DNA of 64,000 bases from Octopus sinensis (Eukaryota), in NCBI RefSeq assembly GCF_006345805.1, contig NC_043001.1, forward strand, positions 55,056,001-55,120,000. The letters are read 5' to 3'. The translations under genes and the position numbers were made by a program. The notes beneath the pieces are model-generated. The model ran no database searches, was not told the origin of the DNA, and saw only the letters and a program-made list of their open reading frames with translations. Every line of letters starts with the position of its first letter. Position 1 is the first letter of the stretch. Below are positions 22,297 through 33,790 of this stretch, in pieces.

Positions 22297-24787
22297 AAAC
22301 TAAATCAATTGTGTGCAAGCAGTTTTTCTGATGAAAATTATATTCAGCCAATGAGCTGAAATTCAAACCACAAACCATGAGCAGACTATGCCTGGTACAT
22401 ATTCAGTTGAACTCTTTTGCCAAACCACTAAGTTATGGGGATGTAAACCCACCAACACCAGTTGTCAAGCAGTGGTGGGGGACAAACACAGATAAAAAGA
22501 CACACACACACACACATGATGGGCTTCTTTCAGTTGCTGTCTACCAAATCTACTCACAAGACTTTGGTTGGCCTGAGGCTATAGTAGGTGCTATACAGTG
22601 AGACTGAACCTGAAAACATTTCACATCTTTATGTAGATTTTGAGTATGACTTGAAACAGATTGCTCTAGATGTAATTGAGTTACTTGTGTAACAAACAGG
22701 TCTCTGGAATAGATTATTTTTGTGTATAAAAGAACCTCAGTCTACGTGTGTGTGTGTGTGTATTGTAGTTTGAAAAAAAAAAAGACTGGTTGTGGCTAGA
22801 ATGCTTCAACAAATGATAGTCTTAGGATTTATTTGGGGCTAAACATTGGTCTGTACGACTCTCATTTATTGTCTTAAAAGAAAGGCACATGTGATGATTT
22901 CGTCCTAGATAAGATACACTTCTTGAAAAATTAAGATGATATGGTCACAACTGGAATGTCTGCTAGATCTGGGCTGACATGGCTACAACAGCAGCAATAT
23001 GCATTTATCATATGTTGCATTTTATTACTGTTGGTTAGCTTCTCCAACCATGATCATCCAAACATTATATTTCAGACTACATTATTCAATATGTCTATTT
23101 TAAGACTAAGGTGCTATTTCATGCAAGTCAGATGACCATGTAGAAGTTCTCTTAGGTTCTGATTGTTGGCTTGGTAGGAATATAACTCTTTACCTGTAGT
23201 ACTGTTTATGCCAGCCCAGTGTTTGAAATAGATGAAGTTATTGATGTTACTTTTTTTTTTAGACTGGACACTGGCCTTAGTTGCAATGGAGAGTTTTTAG
23301 GAAGGTGTTGTTGTGATGGAGGTGGTAGAGAATATGAGAGTTGAAGCTTGCTCTTTGTGTCTTCAAGTGGTCTTTAATATTTTTTGTTGTTGCTAATCCC
23401 AAGGTACACTCTGTTTGAAACGTCCCACAATCCAACCCTGACAATCCCACCTGTTTTCAGTTACAGTGTATTTAGGATTATGTTATTCTGTGAACATGTT
23501 TTTTAGTTGGTTGGGTAGAATTTGGTGGGGATTTGACCACTATTTCTAACAAACAAATTGTTGCATTGAACTCTGTTAACTCAGCTAGTAGAGCTGGAGG
23601 ACTGATTATATTTAAATTTAGATGTTAGGAAGCCTTGCTATGAAAGAAACACTTAGAATGTAAACACTCTTTCTACTCACTGGATGTGAAAAAGAAAAAG
23701 GTGGTAAATTTCCTGAGAGATTGTTTCATACCTTGTTGACCATTCCTCAGTGATGTCCCCAGTTTCCTTCATTGATCAAAAGCCTGGCATATTTAGCTAT
23801 TATATAAAACAATCATTAATTAAGTTGTCACTATTGTATGTAGCTTAATTTGCTTTTGACAGCTCATCATTAATGTAACAGTTTATATTTTATGTACAAC
23901 ACTACATGAATCAGGACTGAAATAAACTTAGATAGTGCAAAGCTTGAATATGAGGAAACATTTAGAATATGTTGTGCTGTAAAGTAACTGTTCAACATTT
24001 CAGCTATGAACACTTCGTAGCCCAAACTGTCATATATAACCATCCCTATATAAGACTACATTATCTAATTGGTCCCAACATTTACAAGGTGGTAGCATGT
24101 GATTTGAAGGAGATTTGGTTATATCTAAGGAGGTCAAGTGACTATGAGTTCTTTTGTCATAGTTTTGAAGCTGGTGATAATTGTGTAATTCTGTGGTTCA
24201 GTATCTATTCTCCTTTATTTTTGAGCAATGTTTAATTCTCACAACTTCTCATGTTTATGTGAATACCAAACAAAATTGATGAGACAACAAATTGAGGTCA
24301 ATTTATGGTAATTAAATGTGCTAGAAATAGCAACAAACATCTGTCAAATCTTACTGACATTACAGTTCTTTGTAATCTAGCACACGCTTGACAAAAAAAA
24401 GATCTGCCTAACTTAGAAGTTAGGCAGATGTGTGTTTTTATGGCTTCTTATCTTTCCTCTCACTAGCCTCACTATAAGCAGGACTGGGTTATTTTATCAT
24501 GCCATCATCATGATACAATGTACTCAAGTTGTCAGTGATAAGACTAAGGAATCTCCCTTTGCTCTGTATCAGGCTTTAACCAGAATTACTACTGTCATCT
24601 GTCCCTTCTTTTGATATGGTTTCATAGTCATAAGCCCTTTGTGTCACCAACCACTTTATAACATAGATTGGCTATATGTTATTGTATTTGGTGCATCCAC
24701 ATTTAATCCTTTAGCATTCAGATTACTCTGTCAAATATAATGCTTATTTTTTCACATTGTTTTGAATTATAAAATAATATAATGAAA

Positions 24788-25700
24788 TTATTGTATACAG
24801 TGCTCAGGTGCACCACAACTTGTCAAAAAGTGCGCATAAAGTATATGCTGTAATGTACAAATGTCTGGGAAGAGAACAGTGTATGAGTCAGATACATGCT
24901 TGCGTGTGTATGGAGGGGAGAAAATCAGGTGTAGTGTTGGCGAATCTCAGGAAGCATGGAAGTTTTGAAGGATGTAGTGCTCCAACAACTAACAACTGAT
25001 GCCGGCAGTCTGTTCCATGCTTCAGCAACTCTTAGCATGAAAAAATGTTTCCATAAGTCATGGGAGCTGTGCTGTTTTCTGACTTTGTAAACATGTCCAC
25101 GGGTGTTAGACAGGTGGAGTTTGAAAAGGTGCTCAGAGTTATTGTTTGTAAGATGGTTAATAATTTTATGGGTGTCTGCCAAGTCAGCTGCCAGACGTCG
25201 GAGTTTCAATGTGTCCATGCCCAGGGAAGTAAGGCATTCAGAATATGGCAAATGCCTGATGGAGGGTATTCTCTTGGTTGCACATTGCTGAACGGCTTCC
25301 AGACGATTAATATCCTGTGCAAGATAGGGATTTCAGACCGGTGATGCAAATTCCAGGTGATGTACCATAGCTATATAAAGCCGCAGATAGATAGCCGGAG
25401 AGTGGCTCACAAAGGACTTGGTGAGTGATGCCAAGCCACCCTCAGCCTTCTTGGCAATTTTAGTGATGTGTTTTGTCCAACGCAAATCGCTGTTGACAAC
25501 AACACTCAGGTCATGTTCACATGAAAACTTTTTGAGATTAGTGTTGTGGAGGGAGTAAGTAGATGCTAGGTTTTTCCTCCCAAAATGCATGGTGGTACAT
25601 TTGTCCACAGCCAGCTTGAGTTGCCAGTCCATGATCCACTGCTGCATTGTGTCCAGGTCTGATTGCAATAGAGATCTATAGTGTACAGGATCTGTCCTCT
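24788..25700 (-). mobile_element. 5'-truncated CR1 LINE
   Basis: ORFs 25333-25731 and 24925-25251: LQSDLD..QQW..DWQLKLAVDKC...DLRWTKHI...YSECLTSLGMDTLKLRRLAADL...VAEAWNRLP. Confidence 0.92.
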
Positions 25701-25703
25701 TTA

Positions 25704-25860
25704 TTTCTCCCCTCCATACACACGCAAGCATGAATCTGACTCATACACTGTTCACTTCCCAGATATTTGTACATTACTGCATATGCTTTATATGCACTTT
25801 TGACAAGTTGTGGTGCACCTGAGCACTGTATACAATAACTTTATTATTATTATTAATTAT
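25704..25860 (+). mobile_element. Second copy of the CR1 3'UTR, fused in inverted orientation to the 5' end of the LINE
   Basis: Reverse complement of 24788-24923, with about 8 differences in ~136 bp by eye. Confidence 0.9.
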
Positions 25861-26034
25861 TTATTTTATTTCGTTCAACATTCTAAACCACTTTGTGTTC
25901 AAATCTCTCATATCAACTTGGCCTTTCATTTTTCCATGGTTGATGAAATAGAGTATTAATGAAGTGCTGGATGTCAACTAAATAGACTCTGCATTCCTAA
26001 GTATACATCACTGTTAGTTGTCAATATTAAATAA

Positions 26035-26432
26035 CTAAGGTGGAAACCTGGCAGAATCTTTAGCAAAATGTTTTGCAGCATTTCATCCATCTTTACATTC
26101 TGAGATCAACTTTGTCATTCATCCTTTAGGGGGTCTATAAAATAAGTACCATTTCAGCACTGGAGTCAGTATAATTGATTTACACCCTTCCCCAAATTGC
26201 TGATCTTGTGCCAAAATTTGAGACCAATATTAAATAGCTGCATGTAAGATGGTGGGCTGGCAGAATCTTTAGCACACCAGGCAGAATGCTTAGTTCAGAT
26301 TTCATTTTTTTTTTGTCTTTCATCCTTTCAGGGTCAATAAAATAAGTACCAGTTGAGCACTGGGTCAATATAATCAACTTACATCCTCCCCCAGAACTTG
26401 CTGGCCTTGTGCCAAATTTTGAAACCAATATT
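26035..26432 (+). mobile_element. Two tandem tRNA-derived SINEs (third family)
   Basis: aaggtgg...ggcagaatc...cattcatcctttaggggtc...aataagtaccag...ttgtgccaaaatttgaaacc, repeated. Confidence 0.8.
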
Positions 26433-26468
26433 AAATAACTGAATTTCTTTCTTTTGTAATTCTTTCAG

Positions 26469-26671
26469 GCCGTTCCTCAGTTTTAGCCTGCAACATGAGT
26501 GGACATGCTCACTGGAAATCTGATAGAGATATTGACAAGGAAACACTTTCCCATATGGATTATTTGCCTATTCCAGAAGGTTGTTGGTCTTCAGATTTTA
26601 AAAGGAACCAAGGAAAGTACAACGTGCAGCTCTTGCTATCTACTTCAATAGCTATTGTTACTGGATTTGCC
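26469..26671 (+). CDS. COX7B-like (prag01/Deltameth_res-domain) gene exon 2
   Basis: Acceptor TTTCTTTTGTAATTCTTTCAG, 203 nt, donor GTAAGT. Encodes (S)RSSVLACNMSGHAHW...HMDYLPIPEGCWSSDFKRNQGKYNVQLLLSTSIAIVTGFA, matching the family motif M-d-x-LP-v-P-x-G-x-W...KYN plus TM helix as recalled from Drosophila CG7630. Confidence 0.9.
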
Positions 26672-27949
26672 GTAAGTCCAACTTGCTTATATATATATAT
26701 ATATTAAAATTAACTTATTAACATCATTATATATAATTCAGATTGAATCTTGTTATTTATTTTTTTTTTGTGTGTGCCTTACTTGTAGGAGAAAGGACAG
26801 TACTCTCAGTCCCCTGTGGGGCTTCTGTTTCTAATTGTAAAAAACATTTTTCAACTCCTGTGTTTTTCACAACAGAGAGCCCAATTTTGCCAAAATAATA
26901 TCTTTCAAAATGTGCATCCCCCACCCCTGCACACACAAACACACACACTTCACAGATTTTTTTATTTTAAAATTTTTATTTCTAATTTTTGTTTCAATTC
27001 CACTGAAAAACGTATAGATTTCAATTTTTAAAAATTCTATCTTCCACTCTCCCAGCTTTCAGAATACACACAGACATGTGTCTGTTCATTTGTGCATGTG
27101 TAGATATCTGTTGAACTAGCACACATTTAGTAGGCCTCAATGTGATCTCTCGACATACTAGAGATAACAGTAAAATCCCCTCAAATGTTGCATGTTCACT
27201 TGTTCATATTTCAAAATAATTTCTTTAGATTTTTATATTTTCAACAATGAAGATTTTGATTTTGCCTCTCCCCTCCACCTAAAACATCTAAAATTTTAAT
27301 TCCTCTCCCCAAAACCACCACCACTCTGTCCTCAATTTTTTTTGTATTTGACCTTTTTCAAAACCTTTTTGAGAATTTCATGTTGAAAAATATGGAGATT
27401 ACAATTACATCCTAACTCTGTACTTTAACCTTAAACATAGCCCCTAAACTCTAACCTATTAGATTATCCAATGTTTTCTTTAATTTAATAAATTGTAAAA
27501 AGTATGTGGTTTGAGGAAGATTTGGCTGTTATTTCTAGTATGTTGAGCTACCATACCAATATTTTGAAGAAAATATTGGTTGGATAGAGGGAAATTGAAA
27601 TTTCCCCCTATTTTTTGAAAAAAGTTGTTTTGTAGGGATCAAAATTGTTATCTCCTTATTGAAAAGGGGAATTCAAAGAAATTTTGGGAAAAAAGAAAGA
27701 AAGAAAGGGGTGAGGTGTTTGATATGTCCTCTCTGAAGGCTTGGCTTGAATGCTTCAATAGAGTAGACTCTGCTAAAAGAATCCAAAGACCAAATAATGG
27801 TCATGAAACTCTTGAGGGTCAAAATGTTTCTTACCCCACTTTTCTTTCAAACATATTTCTCTAGATTTGTATAATATGTCATCAGCTGTTTATAACATGG
27901 CTGAATGACTTAAAGCTATTGCTTAAACTACAGGAAATATGAATATTAA

Positions 27950-28165
27950 CCCTTTAACATTCAGATTACTCTATCAGATGTGATATTTACTCACATTATT
28001 TTGAATTATTCATGCATTATCTTGTAGTTTGGAAATTTTGGTGATATGATTGCTTAATTTTAGGTTGACACTGTCAAGTAGGTGTGAGAGGCCAGACATG
28101 GCTAGTTTGAACATAAAACAGTTATAATATTTGGGCTGGTTATGGCTGGCTTAAATGCTAAAGGG
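27950..28165. mobile_element. piggyBac-like MITE with TTAA target duplication
   Basis: TTAA-CCCTTTAACATT ... AATGCTAAAGGG-TTAA. Confidence 0.85.
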
Positions 28166-28269
28166 TTAATATATACTGATAATGAAATGCATAAAGGTTT
28201 CCATGGAGACAAAAGTTCAAGAGAATTTGGCAGCTCACTTTTGCACAGTTCAAGGAAACTGTACAAAAG

Positions 28270-28420
28270 TGAACAGACTGTGTGGTTAATAAGTTTACTT
28301 CCCAGCCATGTGGTTTTGGGTTCAGTCCCACTTTTTGGCATTTTAGGCAAGTGTCTCCCATAGCCATGGGTCAGATAAAATTTTGCTAGTGGATTTAATA
28401 GACAGAAGTTGAAAGAAGCC
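28270..28420 (+). mobile_element. SINE head module, CpG-decayed
   Basis: Homologous to 9699-9860. Confidence 0.75.
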
Positions 28421-28649
28421 TCTGTGTGTGTGTGTGTGTAATCTCATTGTCTTGACATCATGGGATAGTTGTAAACAAGTCTCATTGTCATACATGCAGT
28501 GTCCTTTATTCCCAAGCTTGTGTGTAAATATCTAACTATGGGAAAATATTACTTTGCTTGTAAATAGAAGAGGGTGGGTGATAAGAACATACAATTAACC
28601 CTTTCATTTACTTGTTTCTTTTTGAAATACACTGCATTTACTTTAATTA

Positions 28650-29510
28650 ATGTTGGAGAATGGCTGAAGATAGTTGTATGCAAAAGTGCTACACCCTAGC
28701 AGTTGAGGGAACCTGTGGAAGAGGTAGACCCAGGAAAACCTGGGACGAGATGGTGAAGCACGACCTTCGAACTTTAGGTCTCACCAAGGAAATGACTAGA
28801 GACCGAGACCTATGGAAGACCCGTGAGAAGACCTGTGAGAAGACCCGGCAAGACTAGTGAGGCCATAACCCGTGGCCCCTACCTGGGACGTAGTCAGTCC
28901 ACCTGTGCATACCCTCCTTCTTGTGACACTTGTGAAGACCTGTTGAGGCAAGTGAAAATCAAATCAAACCAAATCAAAATAGATGAACATCAATGGAATT
29001 TGTATCTTTGTGATACCAGTGCCGGTGGCACATAAGAAAACCATCCGAACGTGGCCGTAGCCAGTACTGCATCGACTGGCCTCCGTGCTGTGGGCACGTA
29101 ACAAACACCATCCAATCGTGGCCGTTCGCCAGCCTCGTCTGGCACCTGTGTCGGTGGCACATAAAAAACACCATCCAAGCGTGGCCGTTCGCCAGCCTCG
29201 TCTGGCACATAAAAAACACCATCCGAGCGTGGCCGTCTGCCAGCCTCGTCTGGCACCTGTGTCGGTGGCACATAAAAAACACCATCCGGACGTGGCCGTT
29301 CGCCAGCCTTGTCTGGCACCTGTGTCGGTGGCACATAAAATCACCCACTACACTCTTGGAGTGGTTGGCGTTAGGAAGGGCATCCAGCTGTAGAAACACT
29401 GCCAGATCTGGCTGGCCTGGTGCAGCCTTCGGGCTCCCCAGACCCCAGTTGAACCGTCCAACCCATGCTAGCATGGAAAGTGAACGTTAAATGATGATGA
29501 TGATGATGAT
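28650..29510 (+). mobile_element. RTE LINE 3' end with full 3'UTR and (GAT)n tail
   Basis: ORF 28660-28857 (EGTCGRGRPRKTWDEMVKHDLRTLGLTKEMTRDRDLW) is the RTE ORF C-terminus. Confidence 0.9.
29027..29340 (+). repeat. GC-rich minisatellite in the RTE 3'UTR, ~5 units of ~63 bp (one 48 bp)
   Basis: ggcacataaaaaacaccatcc..cgtggccgttcgccagcctcgtctggcacctgtgtcggt. Confidence 0.9.
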
Positions 29511-30490
29511 GTTGTAATTAATGAATAATTTAATAAGATAACCTTAAGCTAGAGTTTGAAACATACACTAACATGGAATTTTGATGGAAGGTTTTTAATT
29601 TAGATAAGTTTAAAACAGAAAGCTTATACCTGAAACCAAGAGAAATCTTGGGCAGCTTGATATCAAAAGGCTTAACCACTGTATTGAAATGTGCTGTATG
29701 GTCCCCAGTTCTGTGGATGTATAATATATTTAAAACACTAGATCTATGAGTTGCACCTGCTCACTGCTTTTTATTTGATCAGAGCTGATCAGGAACTGTA
29801 TAACAACGATATATTTTTTTTAAATATTTAAATTTTCGGGATCATCCAATTTATATTATCTTCGAAAATACATTTTAATCTTAAAAGGAGGAGACAGTTA
29901 GCAGGCTCCGAGATAAAGTTGATTAGTGAGTTGAATTTATGAATTGTTATAGGGTAGGGCTATTGTTAACTCTAAATTGGCCCTAATCAAGCAGGCTTAT
30001 GATCAGAAGTATTCAAGCCATAACCATCCTGTCTATTTTTCACCATACTCTTGAGCTACATTTTCCAGTGTGTTCTTTTGTAAGTGGTAGGATGAGATTT
30101 GATGGAATTTTGGCTGTTACTTCTAGGAGACTCGGCCACCATCTAGAGGCTCCTTCATTGGCTCACCCGTGTTAGTCTTTGGAAGTGTTGACTGGCAGGG
30201 CTTAATATTTAACTGAACAAGCATTCAACCTTACCCAAGAGTGTAGTGTGTACATTACACCCAATCAATATTTCATTATCATCACTCACCAACATAGTCT
30301 CTACCATGGTCATTATTACACCACTTTATTCTTGTCTGAGCAGCTGTAAAATCTTCCATATTTTTTGGACCTACATCAGTTTTTATTTTTTATTTTATTC
30401 ATTTTTGTGAAATATTATTTCTTTTACAAACATCTAAGAAAATATTCATTATTTTCTTCTTTCTTAAATGTATGTTTATTTCAATTTCAG

Positions 30491-30550
30491 ATGTATCAGA
30501 CTGGATGTTTTAATGCTTGGATTACTCCACAGAAGTCTTGCGGCAAGTAA
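30491..30550 (+). CDS. COX7B-like gene exon 3 (MYQTGCFNAWITPQKSCGK-stop)
   Basis: Acceptor TTTATTTCAATTTCAG, phase 0, TAA at 30548-30550. Resembles the recalled CG7630 C-terminus (KSSGIIHFNYYAPKS) and is followed by polyA signals. Confidence 0.85.
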   Translation: MYQTGCFNAWITPQKSCGK

Positions 30551-30564
30551 ATTTTAGGACCAGA

Positions 30565-30626
30565 AATAAAGAGCTAACCTTTCCCTGTTCACCTTTGAAA
30601 TGTAGACATATTCTTAAATAAATAAA
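30565..30626 (+). terminator. Polyadenylation signals of the COX7B-like gene (AATAAA at 30565, 30617, 30621)
   Basis: Canonical hexamers 15-76 nt after the stop codon. Confidence 0.6.
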
Positions 30627-32449
30627 AACTGCAAAAAGACAAATATTTCTTGTGACTTACTTTTTTTCCCCTTAATGAACAGTTTCTTTCAGCTTCAATA
30701 ACATTGACTTGCTACAATTACAGTCTTGTTTAGTGTGGATTAAAGATTGAATTATTAATACAGTTAACTTGCAAAACTTAATTTGGGATGGGCATATGCT
30801 GCAGTTCTCCATTTCAGTTGCCTCTAAAGCATTTTAGACAAAACATTTGTCTTTGACACCAAAATAGTATTTGGGTTTTGGCAAATAGATTTATTTATTT
30901 TTAATAAGCATGAAGAGCTAAGCACAAGAGCTGAAAGAATGGCTGGGTGTTGAGGCCTTTAACTAATGTGTGCAGGCATAAAAGGCAGTTGCATTGATAT
31001 GGTTATGTGGTGGGTGCAAATGTGCAGTATGTAATAGGTGAATGGTACCCATAGAAAAGGAAGACAAAAAGAATTGTGTGGCTAAGATGTTCACTTTGCA
31101 ATTACATGGTTCCTTTAGTTTCAGTTCCACTATTCATCACCTTGGGTGAATTTCTTCAACTATAGCCCCAGGTTGTCCAGTACCATTGTGAATAGAATTT
31201 AGGAGACAAAAACTATCTCATGATTATAAATATGTATTCATACCTATGTTTCCACGGTTCTGAAAACAAGTGCGTTTTTTATTAATGTATTTCTTAATGC
31301 TGTATAACTTAACAGTTCAATGATCTATAGAATAAATAGAAACTAGAAAGAAATGAGATGATGACAAAATTTGCTATACTTTTAAGAGAGTGAGAGCCAA
31401 TGGGCAACATACAGTTTTGCTTAAACCATTAACAAGTCAATTGTTTAGAATGAACCAAAGATCCATCGCAAGCTGCTTAATTGTTGGAAATAACAGCCTA
31501 ATTGTACTCAAATATGACCTATATCTTAGAAAAAGCAAGTATATATCAAGTGATGTACTGTGTTGGCAAAAAGTAATGCAAGTATTTTCAATAGTGGAAT
31601 TTAGTTTTTTGCTGTTTAACTTATTTCACTGAGTTATTTGTAATTATGGATTCAGTAAGGAAATATGTTTGGTCACTGCTGGACATCCTTTTGCCATAGA
31701 ACTGACATGAAACTAATTGATGATTACTAAGAAGAGTGGGGAGTCAATGTCTAAGAGCTATATTTTGTTTTTCATTTACTGAAGTAAACAAAGGTACAAC
31801 AATAGTAACAGAAGGATCAGACTATGTGATCCTGAGTCAGTAGTCCCCTGCCTTAAGCTCACAGCCATTGTGCCTCAGTTGAGCAATGAGAAATGACTTA
31901 GACTGATACCAGTTTCTAGTAAGATTCTGTTCTACATGCCAAATGGAATGAAAATTATCTGAGCACAATCTTGGCTATATTTCTCCTCAACAGTCAAATT
32001 GAACTTCTATTGGAGCAACTACAACAACATTTAGTTTTGATTTGTGTCTAAAATTTACCAAAACTCAACAATCTTCACTATTGGGTCATTACTGTGAAGG
32101 TTATCCGGATCTTTACCTTTTGACCGACAGATTTAAAAAATAATTTTTTGTAACTAAACACTTTCAAACTTCGTATACTGGTAGAATGTGTCACATAAAA
32201 CATCTTTTACTCTTGGTGTTGTTGAGAAAATTACCTATTTAAAACCTGAAATGCTGGTGAATTTAATCAAGGAACTGAAATAATAAGTTTTAACAAATGA
32301 AAATGATTCGTATTGAAATGCAGAATTAGCAAATGCTAATGAGATTACTGTTAATAAGATGTCTGTTTATACCCATGAAACATTTTTTATCAAATTGCGG
32401 CAATTTTTGTCAAATTTAAATCTATATTAATGAGTAGAACCAATTTGAC

Positions 32450-32836
32450 ACAAAAAATGACCAGTCTGGTAGCGAACCTGTGTCATTGTCATTTTTGTGC
32501 ATGTGCGTAAAAAAATTTATCTCAACCCATCCTTAGCACATATTTCATCTGTGTATAAAATTTGAAGAAAATCAGTTGAAGATTTTAAAAGTTATGACAG
32601 AAAATGACATTCATAGAGAATTTGCATTGAAATGACCTATGATTTTTGAAAAATTGATGCCGATTAAAAAAATATTGATTTTTCTGAACTTTTAAGTGTG
32701 TAAGTGATTGCATAGGCATAAGCCCCACACGTGTCAAGTTTCATCAAAATCGATTGGATAGTCTTGAAGGAGTTAAAGTAACAAACACACGCACACAGCC
32801 ACAAACAGACAAAAATTGCCATTTATATATATAGAT
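32450..32836 (+). mobile_element. HINE/Lep1-like element 3' part; an inverted partial copy lies at about 35445-35575
   Basis: ...aagtttcatcaaaatcg...acaaacagac...atttatatatATAGAT; the reverse-complement homolog contains ttgatgaaacttgacacgtgtgggg. Confidence 0.6.
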
Positions 32837-32899
32837 TTGCTGTTGGGACACCTGAGTTATCCTTTAATTTGTCCACATATTGTTTACTGGTGATTGCTA

Positions 32900-33790
32900 A
32901 TAGTTAGGAATAGTCAAATGGCTTGTGAGAGCCAAAGAAGATATATACAGGGATACAGTCAGCAATGAATTTGTTATGCATCATCAGAAGTCAGCACTTA
33001 GTCTTCTGTTTTGTTGTCAGTCCTCCGAGCCATAACAGGAATGGGAACTTTTGTATAACTGATGACAATTGTTTGAGCAGAATCTGCAGAAGATTTTGAG
33101 AAGGAAATCCAGAAATGAAAGTAAAAGTTCTAAATCTAAACTTAACAAGAAAGAAAATAAGACCCTGGTACCATTAGGAAATAGTAGAGCTTGAAATGCA
33201 GAAAAGAAGTAGGTAGAGATTCCATGCGATGAACACAAGAGATATAGTGGAATTACAGGCATGACAACAGAGAAGATAAATTTCATATGTGACAGTACAC
33301 AGGAGCAATAAACATTCTCAAACGTCCAGACAACCCATTTGAAATAGCTGATAGCTTCTGTTACCTAGGTGAAGACATAACCAGAGTAATAACAAGCTGT
33401 ATAAGTTCAGAGAAATATTACTTCTGCTGGTAAGAAAGAGTTTCTCCTTCAGAGTGACGAGCAGATTCTCTGATTCTTGTATATAAAGTGTAGCTTTGCA
33501 TTGTACTTAGACATAGATCTTTCTAGTTTGTACAAATCCTATTTTACAAAAACTAGAAAAACATGAACCAAGCATCTTACTGCATAAACGATGGAATACA
33601 AATGAGCTGAATGTAAGAGGTTTCAATAAGTAACATGCAAGAGAGAAAACTGTGCTGGTATTGGTGTGTGATGCATATGGATAATGACAGCTGTATGAGG
33701 ATGTGTTGATTACTCAAAATGACTGGAACCTATGGAAGAGAGAGACATAGGTGTACTTGAAATATTGCATTTTATGAAGGAGATGACAAA
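32900..33790 (+). mobile_element. Highly decayed RTE LINE fragment
   Basis: Remnants of RTE-typical peptides (PCDEHKRYSGITGMTTEKINFICDS; DSFCYLG). Confidence 0.7.
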
